Positions 18,391 to 27,910 of a DNA stretch of 64,000 nucleotides are shown here, piece after piece. Made by a program: the position numbers and the translations under genes. The first letter of the stretch is position 1, and the number at the start of each line of letters is the position of its first letter. The notes under the pieces were generated by a model. The model searched no databases and had not been told where the DNA came from. It saw only the letters and a list, made by a program, of their open reading frames with translations. This DNA is from a virus. The stretch is from the IMG/VR virus record IMGVR_UViG_3300049927_000072, positions 1 through 64,000 of that record. The stretch is one strand, 5' to 3'.

Positions 18391-20631
18391 ATGACATCAC
18401 TCGATATCGCGCTCGACTTTCTCGATCTCAATCCCGACTGCTACATATTCCCTATCAAGGCCAAAAAGAAAACGCCACCGCTGATCAAGGATAACCTTAA
18501 CGCGGCGAGCAACGATACCGATCAAATCAAAGTCTGGTCCGCCAAGTGGCCCAATTGCTCATGGGGCCTCGCGCTCAAAAAGTCTAAGCGCCTCGTCGTC
18601 GACATTGACCGCAGGCCCGGCAACGTCGGGCAAGATACCTACAATATGCACGATCTTGAGTACGGCTGGCCTGAAACGATGCGCGTCAAGACGCCATCGG
18701 GCGGTTACCATCTGCATTACGCTGGCGAGCACGTGTTCGCGCTCGGCAAGGACGGCTTCGGTCTCGACATCGATAGTCCGAACTATGTTTTGCTGCCCGG
18801 CTGCGAATTGGAAGACGGCACCAAATACGAAGAGGAAGGCGCAATGCAAGTTGTGCCTGCGCCACAGTGGTTTTATGACTTATTGGGCGCGCCGCGCGAG
18901 CGCGACGCAAACGAAACCGCGCTCGCCGTTGTCGATCTCGATCAAGCACACAACGTCGAATGGGCTATCCACTATCTCAAGAACGACGCGCCGCCCGCGA
19001 TTGAAGGTCAAGGCGGCGAGAGCACAACGCTCAAAGTCGCAATGACGCTACGTGACCACGGGATCAGCGAAGAGCGTGCGCTCGAATTGATGTCGGACCA
19101 TTACAATATTCTCGGCATCTGCGATCCGCTTTGGGATATTGACGGCGATCACGGTCTGGCGAAGAAAGTCGCGAACGCTTATGCGTATGCCAATTTGAAA
19201 GCGCCGGGCGCATCGACCGCCGAAGCCGATTTTGCTGACAGCCCGTACATTGGCACGCTGCCGGAATTGAAGCCCGCAGTTGCTGAAGTCATCGCCGACG
19301 ACAAGAAAGCGCGCGACAAGGTCAAAGGCCGCAAGCCTGAAAAGCGCTACACCCCTGCGATGCTCGCCGACGAGTGGGTCTACATCGCACAGCAAGAACA
19401 ATTCGTGCGCAGGAAAGACAGTTTCACGCTGTCTACCAAGGCTTTTAACGCGCGTTACGCTTACACGACGAAGCAAGGGCCGATCAGCACCAAATTGCTC
19501 AAGAGCAATGCCAATTCGATCCGCAAATTCGACAGCTATTGCTACGAGCCGGGTTCGGGCGAGCTTGAATGCGCCAGCTACAACTTGTATCGGCCGGGGG
19601 CTATCGTGCCGACCGCGGGCGATACATCGACTTGGAACGAGCATCTAGCGTTCCTGTTCCCGGACGAAGCTGATCGGGCGCATGTGCTCAATTGGCTTGC
19701 GTGGGTCTACCAAAACCCGGGCAAGAAACCCAAGCACATGCTGATTATACAGGGCGAACAGCAAGGAACCGGGAAAAGCTTTATCGGCGACGTGTTCGGC
19801 GCGATCCTCGGCCACCACAACGTCACGCAATTGCGCGACGAGATCACGAAAAGCTCGTTCAACGGATGGGCCAAGCACACCAAGCTGATCGTGATCGAGG
19901 AAGTGCGTCAGGCAGGCCGCAATGACGTTGCCAGAGCCCTGCACGACATGATCACGCAGGAATGGATCACGATCAATGAAAAGAACGTGCCGCACTTCCG
20001 GATGCGCGATTATATCGCGTGGCTTGGCTTCACAAACCGCGACGACGCGATGTCGATGGATGACAGCGACCGTCGCTACCTCGTAGTCCGGACGCCAGCC
20101 GAGCGCAAGGACACAGGGTACTACGTCGATCTCTACGCGACGCTCGAAGACAAAGCCGCGCTGGCCGCTATCGCCGCGCAACTCGGGTCGCGCGATCTCG
20201 GGGCCTATAATGGTCAAGCGCGAGCGCCCCTCACTAATGCCAAGCAGGACATGATCGAGGCCGGGCATGGTGATCTTGAGACGTGGTTCAAGGACAATCT
20301 CGGTGTGCCGCCGCTGTCATGGAAACTAGTCACCGTCGGCGACGTGATAGCAAATTTGCCGACCTATGTCACGCGCGGCAACGGCGGCATCCGGCTGCAA
20401 AAGCGGATCATGGAATGCCTCAAAAGGTTCGCCAAGGGTCAGACATGGCCAGATCAATGTCGACTTTCGAATGGAGAAAAGGTGCGTTTATGGGCACTTA
20501 GCGGATCGTTTTCCATCCTAAATAACGTCGATCCGCGCGAGCGGGCGAAGGTGTACGAAGCGCAACGCGACCGCTCGAAAGCGCAGGAAGTCACTGCGGC
20601 CGTTGACGATTTCGGCAACGAAGCCGAGTAG
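18391..20631 (+). CDS. bifunctional primase-polymerase fused to SF3 (D5/DUF5906-type) helicase
   Basis: IFPI...KTP, VVDID, TPSGGYHLHY; Walker A GEQQGTGKS, Walker B IVIEE, FTN, DRRY. Confidence 0.92.
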   Translation: MTSLDIALDFLDLNPDCYIFPIKAKKKTPPLIKDNLNAASNDTDQIKVWSAKWPNCSWGLALKKSKRLVVDIDRRPGNVGQDTYNMHDLEYGWPETMRVKTPSGGYHLHYAGEHVFALGKDGFGLDIDSPNYVLLPGCELEDGTKYEEEGAMQVVPAPQWFYDLLGAPRERDANETALAVVDLDQAHNVEWAIHYLKNDAPPAIEGQGGESTTLKVAMTLRDHGISEERALELMSDHYNILGICDPLWDIDGDHGLAKKVANAYAYANLKAPGASTAEADFADSPYIGTLPELKPAVAEVIADDKKARDKVKGRKPEKRYTPAMLADEWVYIAQQEQFVRRKDSFTLSTKAFNARYAYTTKQGPISTKLLKSNANSIRKFDSYCYEPGSGELECASYNLYRPGAIVPTAGDTSTWNEHLAFLFPDEADRAHVLNWLAWVYQNPGKKPKHMLIIQGEQQGTGKSFIGDVFGAILGHHNVTQLRDEITKSSFNGWAKHTKLIVIEEVRQAGRNDVARALHDMITQEWITINEKNVPHFRMRDYIAWLGFTNRDDAMSMDDSDRRYLVVRTPAERKDTGYYVDLYATLEDKAALAAIAAQLGSRDLGAYNGQARAPLTNAKQDMIEAGHGDLETWFKDNLGVPPLSWKLVTVGDVIANLPTYVTRGNGGIRLQKRIMECLKRFAKGQTWPDQCRLSNGEKVRLWALSGSFSILNNVDPRERAKVYEAQRDRSKAQEVTAAVDDFGNEAE

Positions 20632-20645
20632 GCGGGGCGCAGGCT

Positions 20646-20813
20646 TGCCTCAGTCTGCCTCGGTCCTGCCTCAGATGTAGTGAGGCACATATCATCCTAC
20701 TCTCACAGTCACTTTAGTGCCCTTGCCTCAGTGCCTCAGTATTATTTAACTCTTTAAGAGAGAAAGATAGTATTAGCAATGTCCGACGTACTGAGGCACG
20801 AGGCAGTGAGGCA
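20646..20813. repeat. iteron-like TGCCTC/GAGGCA array around an AT-rich core (candidate replication origin)
   Basis: 5 TGCCTC plus 4 GAGGCA copies; 10-bp inverted repeat 20732-20741/20789-20798. Confidence 0.7.
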
Positions 20814-20910
20814 GACGCGCCCCTGTAAGTGATGGTCGGGCTACCGCCTTGAAAATGCGGTCTTTTGGGCGCGTTTTTTAATTTTCGCTTTGCAAAATAC
20901 GCGCACGTAC

Positions 20911-21130
20911 CAAGGGTTTCTTGCATTCGAACGCGAGAAGTGCCTGTGCCGCAGCGACTTTCTTCATTGCACCAAAAGTGCCCATTTTATAAGGGTTTCT
21001 TGCTGTTGCAGCGCAACTAATCGCACTGCCGCAGTGCTTTTCGAGCATATACAAGAAGTCCCTGTGCCGCAAGGGCTTTCTGCATTAAGCACTGCTAAGT
21101 GACGCCTAGAACCGCAGCCACTTCTGCATG
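20911..21130. repeat. degenerate ~40-bp tandem repeat
   Basis: AAGGG(T/C)TT at 20912, 20991, 21071 interleaved with CCGCAG...(T/C)TTC units. Confidence 0.55.
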
Positions 21131-21489
21131 GTTAATATCGAGTGATCTCAATGGCTTAGATGGTTAACGTTCCGACCGCATCATGGTAAATAATTAACGT
21201 TAACGCATTGATACTGCTGCATTAACCATGTTCATTAACCCTAACGCGGCCGAGTAGGTGCTGTTAACGTTAATTCGTAGGGTTAATGCCTACTACCAAT
21301 AGTGTGTTGACAGATGTCCACACTACTAACTGTGGTAGATGCGTGCATTAACATTAATTAGTAGGGTTAACGTATCAAGTTCCACACCAGTTGTTAACCA
21401 TGTTCCTTAACTATCTCCATTCATCATGTGCATTAACGTTAACTATTAAGCATGCCGCTCGAAGGTTGGTGCCCCGGCGTTAACCTTAA
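21128..21489. promoter_or_regulatory. dense TTAA array (TTAA-N9-TTAA x5, TTAACCAT x4)
   Basis: Counted directly; see findings. Confidence 0.7.
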
Positions 21490-21659
21490 CGGCCGGTCAC
21501 GAGCTATGGGGTAGGGTTCCAATTCGGAATGATTTGCAAAAACGTGGTGTGTGCTTCTGTGCTCACTCTCTCCCAATTTTTCACCTTAAAATCGAAAAAA
21601 TAAAAAAGACGTTGACAAATAAAGTTCGCTGTCCGTTCCGCCTGCCGGGCCCCTGCCTG

Positions 21660-21721
21660 TTAACTCGAAATTCACCAAGTTCCGTGATCCAGCTTGCAAC
21701 CTTCCCGGCCGCGTGTAGTTT
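21660..21721 (+). promoter_or_regulatory. early promoter with upstream CtrA-like box
   Basis: TTAA-N7-TTCAC, TTGCAA-N16-TAGTTT, ATG 6 nt after -10. Confidence 0.65.
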
Positions 21722-21727
21722 GGCATC

Positions 21728-21925
21728 ATGAACGGGAGACAACCGATGCCGACGCACTACGTGCAGGCAGACTATGAGCGGCGCGAGTATTACGTGATCG
21801 AGCACGCCACCGGTCGGCGCGTGGCGATCTATCGCTACGGAGTGCCAACCATAAGTTCGCGCCCCTCTGCGCAGGCGAGTGCGAACGCGCACTGCAATAC
21901 TTTGAACCGTGGGCGCACGTCATGA
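21728..21925 (+). CDS. early hypothetical protein
   Basis: First ORF after promoter. Confidence 0.6.
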   Translation: MNGRQPMPTHYVQADYERREYYVIEHATGRRVAIYRYGVPTISSRPSAQASANAHCNTLNRGRTS

Positions 21926-22185
21926 GCTTTCACCTTGAGCGCTTCGAGGAATTTGCAGCTGGCGACGTGATCCGCGTCCTGCCAGAAGTGGATACCGCGT
22001 TCGGCGACGCTATCATCCTTGGTTTCAATACCAATGGCGACGCCAAGCTCTCGCGGCCTTACGGCTACGCACATAATGTCGGCACGACTGCGCCCGTGTC
22101 ATTGCTTGGCAGTGAGATTTATTCGCTGCCGCTGCGAACGATCCGGGTCTTGCAGCGTGTCGAGAGCGGCGGGAGGCGCGCGTGA
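21922..22185 (+). CDS. early hypothetical protein
   Basis: ATGA-coupled. Confidence 0.65.
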   Translation: MSFHLERFEEFAAGDVIRVLPEVDTAFGDAIILGFNTNGDAKLSRPYGYAHNVGTTAPVSLLGSEIYSLPLRTIRVLQRVESGGRRA

Positions 22186-22403
22186 GTAACCCGGCATTCC
22201 AGAAACGTCATTACGAAAAAATCGCTGAGGCAATTCAAGAGGCGCGCGGCGACGCTTGCATCCACACCGCGCAGCATCCCGAAGCGATCAACGTTGTCGT
22301 CAATGAACTGGCCGACGCCTTCGCTCGCGATAATGGACAATTCCAGCGGGGCAGGTTCATCGCGGCTTGCGAATGCGGCGCGAACGTGAGAGCGCGGTCA
22401 TGA
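22182..22403 (+). CDS. early protein, HYE.IA...ADAFARDNGQF...RF.AA family; paralog of 35939-36181 body
   Basis: Manual alignment. Confidence 0.7.
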   Translation: MSNPAFQKRHYEKIAEAIQEARGDACIHTAQHPEAINVVVNELADAFARDNGQFQRGRFIAACECGANVRARS

Positions 22404-22702
22404 CTGATCTAAGAAACATGACGCCCGAAGAAATTGCACGTCGGCGCGCGAGCGCTTACGAAGGTCGCGCCGAAGTCGGGCGCTTCGCACGAGCCCCGGG
22501 CTTCTACTCGCCGACCGTCATGGCCGAAAACATTCCGGATTGGTGGCCGACGTTCTACTATCGGCGGCGGCACATCAAGATGGCGGGGACCGAGAGCAAG
22601 CACCCGGTGCGAACACCGGACCGCCTCGTCTTTCTCGAAGTGCTCGCCCTTTGGAGCAAGTCGGCTCCCGACGATTGGCAGTATTGGGAATGCGGACCAT
22701 GA
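22400..22702 (+). CDS. early hypothetical protein
   Basis: ATGA-coupled. Confidence 0.6.
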   Translation: MTDLRNMTPEEIARRRASAYEGRAEVGRFARAPGFYSPTVMAENIPDWWPTFYYRRRHIKMAGTESKHPVRTPDRLVFLEVLALWSKSAPDDWQYWECGP

Positions 22703-22994
22703 GCAAAATGTATCGCAAGAACCCGCTGCCGGGCCACGCTTACCACACGAAGACGGATGACGAGCTTCGCACGCTCATGTTGGCAGACGACTACGAAGCG
22801 CTCGTGATCCTGCACTGGCACATCGCGCCGCCGGGAGATTGAACCATGAGCGAACGGCTGACACGTTTTTATGTCATGTGCCCGAAGTGCGCCAAGACGA
22901 GTGAGATCGTGTGCACGACGGCGCAACCGCCTGCGGTCAACTGCGGCGACTGCCTTGTGCAGATGAAAGTCATGGGCTCGAAGGCGTTCCGCGA

Positions 22995-23258
22995 ATGATT
23001 GTCTATCGTGTCTCAGTACGCGCGGCGACGTTGCATGCTCTCACGTGGGAGCAAGAGAACCCGCAAGCGACAGCGCGGCAGAAGCTTGCGGAATTTAATT
23101 CGTACGCCGCGATAGAGCGCGAGCAATTCGAGGCGATGCTCAGCGCGGGCTTCGAGCCAAAAGATTTTCCGACGCGATTGAGCGCGACGGTTTATGCAAA
23201 TACGATTGCGCTCGCGTGCGGCTTTCAGCCGGACGTGACTGAAGTGAGCGCACTATGA
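22995..23258 (+). CDS. early hypothetical protein
   Basis: ATGA-coupled. Confidence 0.55.
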   Translation: MIVYRVSVRAATLHALTWEQENPQATARQKLAEFNSYAAIEREQFEAMLSAGFEPKDFPTRLSATVYANTIALACGFQPDVTEVSAL

Positions 23259-23305
23259 GTGCCGTGCTCGTGACAATACGTCCCCCGTTTGACACGAGCA
23301 TGACC

Positions 23306-23341
23306 GGACGGGCGGGGAGTTGCAACTTCCCGTCCGTCTTT
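23306..23341 (+). terminator. hairpin / possible terminator
   Basis: GACGGGCGGGGAG-TTGCAA-CTTCCCGTCCGTC-TTT. Confidence 0.5.
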
Positions 23342-23365
23342 AATTCGGGGACATAGGAGCGCTTT

Positions 23366-23824
23366 ATGGGCACGCGATCTCTGACAATCATTATGCACAA
23401 TAATGACGAGCTTTGCCGCATCTACCGGCAGAATGACGGATACCCATCCGGCCATGGGTACGAACTCGCCGAACTTTGCGACCGATTGATTGTCAACGGC
23501 TATAGCGGCTCAATGACGAGTGCCGCAGGCAAGAGCTATCCGCGTGAGCAGCAAGCCAACGGCATGGGTTGTCTCGCCGCATCCGTCATTGCCGGACTGA
23601 AGGATGGCATCGGCGGCACCTATATCGAAAGGACCGGCGGCGAGATCAATGATTGGTGCGAGTACATCTACATCGTGCGCGGGAAAGAGGGCGACATCCC
23701 GACTATCGAGTGCACGACGCAGACCGGCCCGTGGCCGTTCAACGCCCAAGAGATCAGCAAGCACATTTTCACACTGCCCGCCGATCAGGTAGTCGAGTAC
23801 GTCAAAAAAATCGGAGCTTTGTGA
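23366..23824 (+). CDS. conserved phage protein (MGTRS...IY...DGYP..HG family)
   Basis: Characteristic motifs, NGMGCLAA, EYIY. Confidence 0.75.
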   Translation: MGTRSLTIIMHNNDELCRIYRQNDGYPSGHGYELAELCDRLIVNGYSGSMTSAAGKSYPREQQANGMGCLAASVIAGLKDGIGGTYIERTGGEINDWCEYIYIVRGKEGDIPTIECTTQTGPWPFNAQEISKHIFTLPADQVVEYVKKIGAL

Positions 23825-24142
23825 ATGATAGCTCCCCGGTGGATGACAATTCCACGATGGAAAGAATATCTCAAGCTGCTCACACTTAACGTGGCGATTG
23901 GTGTGGCGGCTGTCATTGTTGCCCCATGGGTCGGGGTGTTGATAAACCGATACTGGGAATGGGTGTACTGGCTATTTGACCGGGGGCACGTATGACGCTG
24001 TACGACTACGTGAGATACCACATCGAGCGCCAGTACCGGCCGCGGTCGAATATTAAGCAAGCAAATGATGATCGCATAAACGAGATGTCCGATGTCAAAC
24101 TATTACAATGGATCAGCGATTATCTGGATCGGAGCGAGTAAC

Positions 24143-24376
24143 ATGCTGACGCACGAAGCGGCCATCATACACCTGACAAAGCTTCGCAACATCTCCGCCG
24201 AAGCGGCGAAGGCTGCGCAGCGGCATAACAGGCGGCGACGATTTACTCAACGTCGTGAGGCGATGGCCGTCGTGAGTTACTTGCGCGATGTCGAAGCTCT
24301 TGACTTCGCGATTGCGGAGTTGACCGATTGGTGGCTGACGGCGGACCCGGAGGCAAGAAAGGCTGCGAGGAAATAA
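24143..24376 (+). CDS. hypothetical protein
   Basis: GGAG SD, ATG 24143. Confidence 0.55.
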   Translation: MLTHEAAIIHLTKLRNISAEAAKAAQRHNRRRRFTQRREAMAVVSYLRDVEALDFAIAELTDWWLTADPEARKAARK

Positions 24377-24585
24377 TGGCGACAACTTACACACTGAACG
24401 AGGCCGTCGGCCGCGCCATCGAGCGCGCTCGACAGGATGTCGACAGCTACTGCGTATTTCGCAATCGCGAGAGAGATTGCATCGTACGCCATGCTTGGGC
24501 TACTCCGCCGCGCGGTGATTTCGAACGCGTCTGCACCGCGTCATGCAGCGACACGACTAGCACGGTCGTAGTGAGGTTTTCGTGA
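24376..24585 (+). CDS. hypothetical protein
   Basis: Stop/start-coupled. Confidence 0.55.
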   Translation: MATTYTLNEAVGRAIERARQDVDSYCVFRNRERDCIVRHAWATPPRGDFERVCTASCSDTTSTVVVRFS

Positions 24586-24806
24586 ACAGTAGCCCGGCCC
24601 GATATCAGTTCAAAGCAGTCAAGGCGTCGCCGCACGGTGGTCAAGAGGCGTTCTACGCTCAGGTGCGGCGCAATGACTGGGCCGACGGCTACTGGCTCAC
24701 GATTGCCAACCGCTTCGGAAATAAAATCTCATACATGACGCGCGAGTACGCTATCGCCGCCGCGGAATATTGGGCCGTGCAGCATGGGATGAATGTCAAT
24801 GAATAG
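24582..24806 (+). CDS. hypothetical protein
   Basis: GTGA-coupled. Confidence 0.6.
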   Translation: MNSSPARYQFKAVKASPHGGQEAFYAQVRRNDWADGYWLTIANRFGNKISYMTREYAIAAAEYWAVQHGMNVNE

Positions 24807-25026
24807 GCGCGCCTTCCTGCTCGGATCGGCCGCGGTGCTTACCGCCGCGGCAATCCCTGCGGCGATCCCTGCAAGCAATCTCGGCATCCTTGGTGGCGAG
24901 GCCCTCAGCATCGCTGTGGATTTGTCCGGGCCGGTTTGGTATGCGAAGAATGGCGGCCCGTGGATGCTTCTCGAAGAAGTGGTCCCTACAGGAAAAAGGT
25001 ATTTCGAAGGGAAGGTAACCCAATGA
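24793..25026 (+). CDS. small protein with twin-arginine-like signal
   Basis: MNRRAFLLGSAAV. Confidence 0.6.
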   Translation: MSMNRRAFLLGSAAVLTAAAIPAAIPASNLGILGGEALSIAVDLSGPVWYAKNGGPWMLLEEVVPTGKRYFEGKVTQ

Positions 25027-25247
25027 GCAGCCTGTACATCATCATCCGACAAGCGCCGATGTCATGCGACAACGGCGAAGACTGGCCTGCAATGTTCGCG
25101 GTATGGGAACGGCCGCACAATGGTCGCGGCGGGGTCAAGGTCAGTCAACACGCAACCGAAGACGCAGCGCTCGAAGCGAAGGCGCGGTACGAGATCGGCG
25201 ACATGCGGCAACACCGCAATGGTCAGAAGGTCGGCATAGCTAAATGA
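25023..25247 (+). CDS. hypothetical protein
   Basis: ATGA-coupled. Confidence 0.55.
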   Translation: MSSLYIIIRQAPMSCDNGEDWPAMFAVWERPHNGRGGVKVSQHATEDAALEAKARYEIGDMRQHRNGQKVGIAK

Positions 25248-25519
25248 CAAACGCGCTCAAGTCGAAAGACGACGTGTTTATCGGCTTGTCTCTGTACGAA
25301 CGTCTCTATCTCGTGAGCGTGCTCGGCTCATGGAAAAAGAACTTCTCGCCGCACGGCGCGCAATGGGAAGCCGAGATGTGCGATGCGCTGATTGCGAAGT
25401 TCACGCCCACAGGGAAATAAGTCCTATGCTGAAAATTTTAATCGCGCTTCGCGCAGCTATTAACGATGTATCCCCAGATGCCTTGACAGACCGCGGACAG
25501 GCAAGTTAGACGAGCAAGC

Positions 25520-25786
25520 ATGAAAAACCGGGGGGCAGAACGCTACGACGATTACGGGCACCCGCGCCCTATTGATCCGGTCCGGCTCCGCCGTCCGCTC
25601 GGAAAATTTCTTCGCATCCTCACGCTATGCGCCGCCCTTGCCTTCGTGCTCGCTGTTCTCGTCCGCTGCGAGACGGTCGAATGCAATAAGCGCACGCAGT
25701 GGTGTCCGGCTGATCCGCGCGCCGAAGTGCCAGCGCCTGACAAGTTTTTTGTCGGGCCATCATCAACCCCAAAGAGGTTCAAATGA
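25520..25786 (+). CDS. membrane protein
   Basis: One TM; TTGACA promoter immediately upstream. Confidence 0.6.
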   Translation: MKNRGAERYDDYGHPRPIDPVRLRRPLGKFLRILTLCAALAFVLAVLVRCETVECNKRTQWCPADPRAEVPAPDKFFVGPSSTPKRFK

Positions 25787-26112
25787 AACGACGCGGCCGG
25801 AAAAAGCGCCACTACAAGACGCGCACCAAGCTTGAAAAACCTTTCTGCGTAATTGCGGCAACCTCGGTCAACCGCTCGTGGTTCGAAACTGAAGCGGAAG
25901 CTATCGAGCACGCAAGCACGCTTCATAAAGGAAGCGCGAAATTGGAATGGTTGACCCGCCACTACGGCGGCAAAGAGAACATTCCCCCGTGGACAATGGA
26001 TAAACTAAAACGGGATGCAGACGGGCCGCAGCCGACTTTTGCAGTCGTGCGCGTTACGGCAAAGGTTGGGTCGCCACCTGCGCCGCCGCGCTTGGTCACG
26101 TTATATAAATGA
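25783..26112 (+). CDS. hypothetical protein with very basic N-terminus
   Basis: ATGA-coupled, GAGG SD. Confidence 0.6.
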   Translation: MKRRGRKKRHYKTRTKLEKPFCVIAATSVNRSWFETEAEAIEHASTLHKGSAKLEWLTRHYGGKENIPPWTMDKLKRDADGPQPTFAVVRVTAKVGSPPAPPRLVTLYK

Positions 26113-26509
26113 GCACGGGTCTCCCATACGTCGTGGTCTGGACCGAGATCGGTGACGACTGCACTCACGTGCGGCACATCAAAGTCTCGACCGAAAAGGC
26201 AGCGAAGAGGATCGCGAAACTATTGCTCGCCAAGGACCACGAAGGCTTTGTGGAGGTTGTCAGTGACAACTAGACGGAAGATCAGCACATCACCTGCACT
26301 GGGCGCGCCGTACTGCGGTATGCGAATGCACGTGAGTGACGAAGAGCGCGCGGTCTACATGGAGAAAAACGGCTGGCCGTGTTCAAGCCGCGGTAACCTA
26401 AAAACAATTCCCGACTTGAGTATTCCTGAGTTGCGCGCTATTGCTGGCCTGTACGCAAAAGTTCTCGCAGACGAAGCGCAGAATATTTATCAACTCGAAA
26501 GGGCAGTCC

Positions 26510-26710
26510 GTGAGCGCGTCTAGGCCAACAAAGCAGGAAAGCATTCATCCGCGCGCGTACCGCGGCGACGGTGTCAAGAAAAACACGTGCGCCTCGAAAA
26601 ATAAAGGCGTGACCGCTCGGAAAATTGCTGCGCTCGAAAAGCACCTTGAAGTTCACCCGACGGACAGGCATTCGCAATCGCATGTTCAGGCGCTGAGGGG
26701 CGCGTTGTAA
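26510..26710 (+). CDS. small basic protein with uS15-like helix motif
   Basis: KIAALEKHLEVHPTDRHSQ; GTG start after AAGGG. Confidence 0.55.
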   Translation: MSASRPTKQESIHPRAYRGDGVKKNTCASKNKGVTARKIAALEKHLEVHPTDRHSQSHVQALRGAL

Positions 26711-26798
26711 TGGGTGCGCTATGGTGGTTCGAAACTATTTTGATATTCGCGCTGTTCGCATCGTACCTGACTAGCCTCGCTCTGCAACTCGGCTGGAT

Positions 26799-26900
26799 AT
26801 GAAACGCTCGGCGATCAAAAAAGATTTGAGGTCACCGAAGTACCGGCAGCGCGTCGTGCGAAATAAGAAACGGTACACGAGGAAGGGAAAGCAAAGATGA
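26799..26900 (+). CDS. ArfA-like 33-aa basic protein (alternative ribosome-rescue factor-like)
   Basis: MKRSAIKKDLRSPKYRQRVVRNKKRYTRKGKQR; ATGA-coupled at both ends. Confidence 0.65.
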   Translation: MKRSAIKKDLRSPKYRQRVVRNKKRYTRKGKQR

Positions 26901-27041
26901 CGTACTCTGCACGCGATAATCAGGTTTTCGCTCTCGATGAATTGTTCTTGACAGTGCACGAGACCGAACCAAATCGCATGGGCCTCATAACCGTCCGCGA
27001 GCAGGCTGCGCTCGTCGCAGATGTCTTGAACGGCACACCGC

Positions 27042-27224
27042 ATGCCGAATAGAGGCAATCACGTTCCGCGCGAAAGCAAGAGCAAATGCGTGCGCAACCT
27101 GACCACGGGCGACGTTCGGCGCGTCACGAACGCAGAGGCTGATCAGCTAACTCAAGACGGTTGGAATTTCGTGCCCAAGAGCGCGTGGCGCGCCGATATT
27201 CGCAAACCAGTTGTAGAGGCTTAA
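27042..27224 (+). CDS. small conserved phage protein
   Basis: VRRV...EA..L...GW.FVPKS.W. Confidence 0.65.
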   Translation: MPNRGNHVPRESKSKCVRNLTTGDVRRVTNAEADQLTQDGWNFVPKSAWRADIRKPVVEA

Positions 27225-27226
27225 AA

Positions 27227-27439
27227 ATGGCGCAAAATAAAATTCCTACGAGCGCAGTGAGCATGTCGTGCGAGAAACTTCTCGCCTGTGCCAAAGCCGC
27301 AAAAGCTGCTTTGATCGATGAAATCAACGCTGGCAATCGAGACTGGGCAAAGCTGCAAATGCTGCTAGACGCTTATTCAGACTATCAGACCGGGGCCGAT
27401 GCGCTCGGTTACGGCGGATCAATCGAAAACCACGCTTAA
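27227..27439 (+). CDS. hypothetical protein
   Basis: GAGG SD, ATG 27227. Confidence 0.55.
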   Translation: MAQNKIPTSAVSMSCEKLLACAKAAKAALIDEINAGNRDWAKLQMLLDAYSDYQTGADALGYGGSIENHA

Positions 27440-27469
27440 ACTCTTACCAAAATTTGAACCGGGGGGTTC

Positions 27470-27910
27470 ATGGACAATAATATTCTCGGGCCCGGCGATT
27501 GCGATTTTTCGCGCGTGCTGGCGACGGTCTACGGCCGCTCAATCTATCTAGGCGAGCACAACGGCATCGCGATATTCACACGCGTGAGCGTAGAGGATTA
27601 CGAGTGGGCCTGTCAGTGGCGCTGGCGGTTCACGATGGATAAGCGCAAAAAGAAATACTACGCGACACGTAACACCCGCATCCGTTCCGAACACCGGCAA
27701 GTCACGCTCTTCCTGCACAAAGAAATTCTGATAGATCGTATGCACGCTGGACAGCCTTCCTACGAGCATCACATCGGGGATCACGGCGACGGCGACAGTC
27801 TCAACAATGTCCGGACAAATCTGTCATGGGCAACCGCGTCCGACAATTGCAAATCGGCCAAGAGCCGCGCCGCGCAATGCCCGGTGACGAAGAGGTTCAT
27901 CGCAGCATGA
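27470..27910 (+). CDS. HNH endonuclease
   Basis: VS.EDYEW, LFLHKEI, DHGDGDSLNN.R.NL...T..DN. Confidence 0.85.
   Translation: MDNNILGPGDCDFSRVLATVYGRSIYLGEHNGIAIFTRVSVEDYEWACQWRWRFTMDKRKKKYYATRNTRIRSEHRQVTLFLHKEILIDRMHAGQPSYEHHIGDHGDGDSLNNVRTNLSWATASDNCKSAKSRAAQCPVTKRFIAA

Noticed and set aside
20646-20813. Homology to the SV40 T-antigen GAGGC origin
   Set aside because: A shared pentamer is too short to imply a relationship, and no T-antigen-type origin-binding domain was recognised.
21128-21489. Canonical CtrA TTAA-N7-TTAA boxes in the array
   Set aside because: Measured spacers are 9 or 2 nt, so it is reported as non-canonical.
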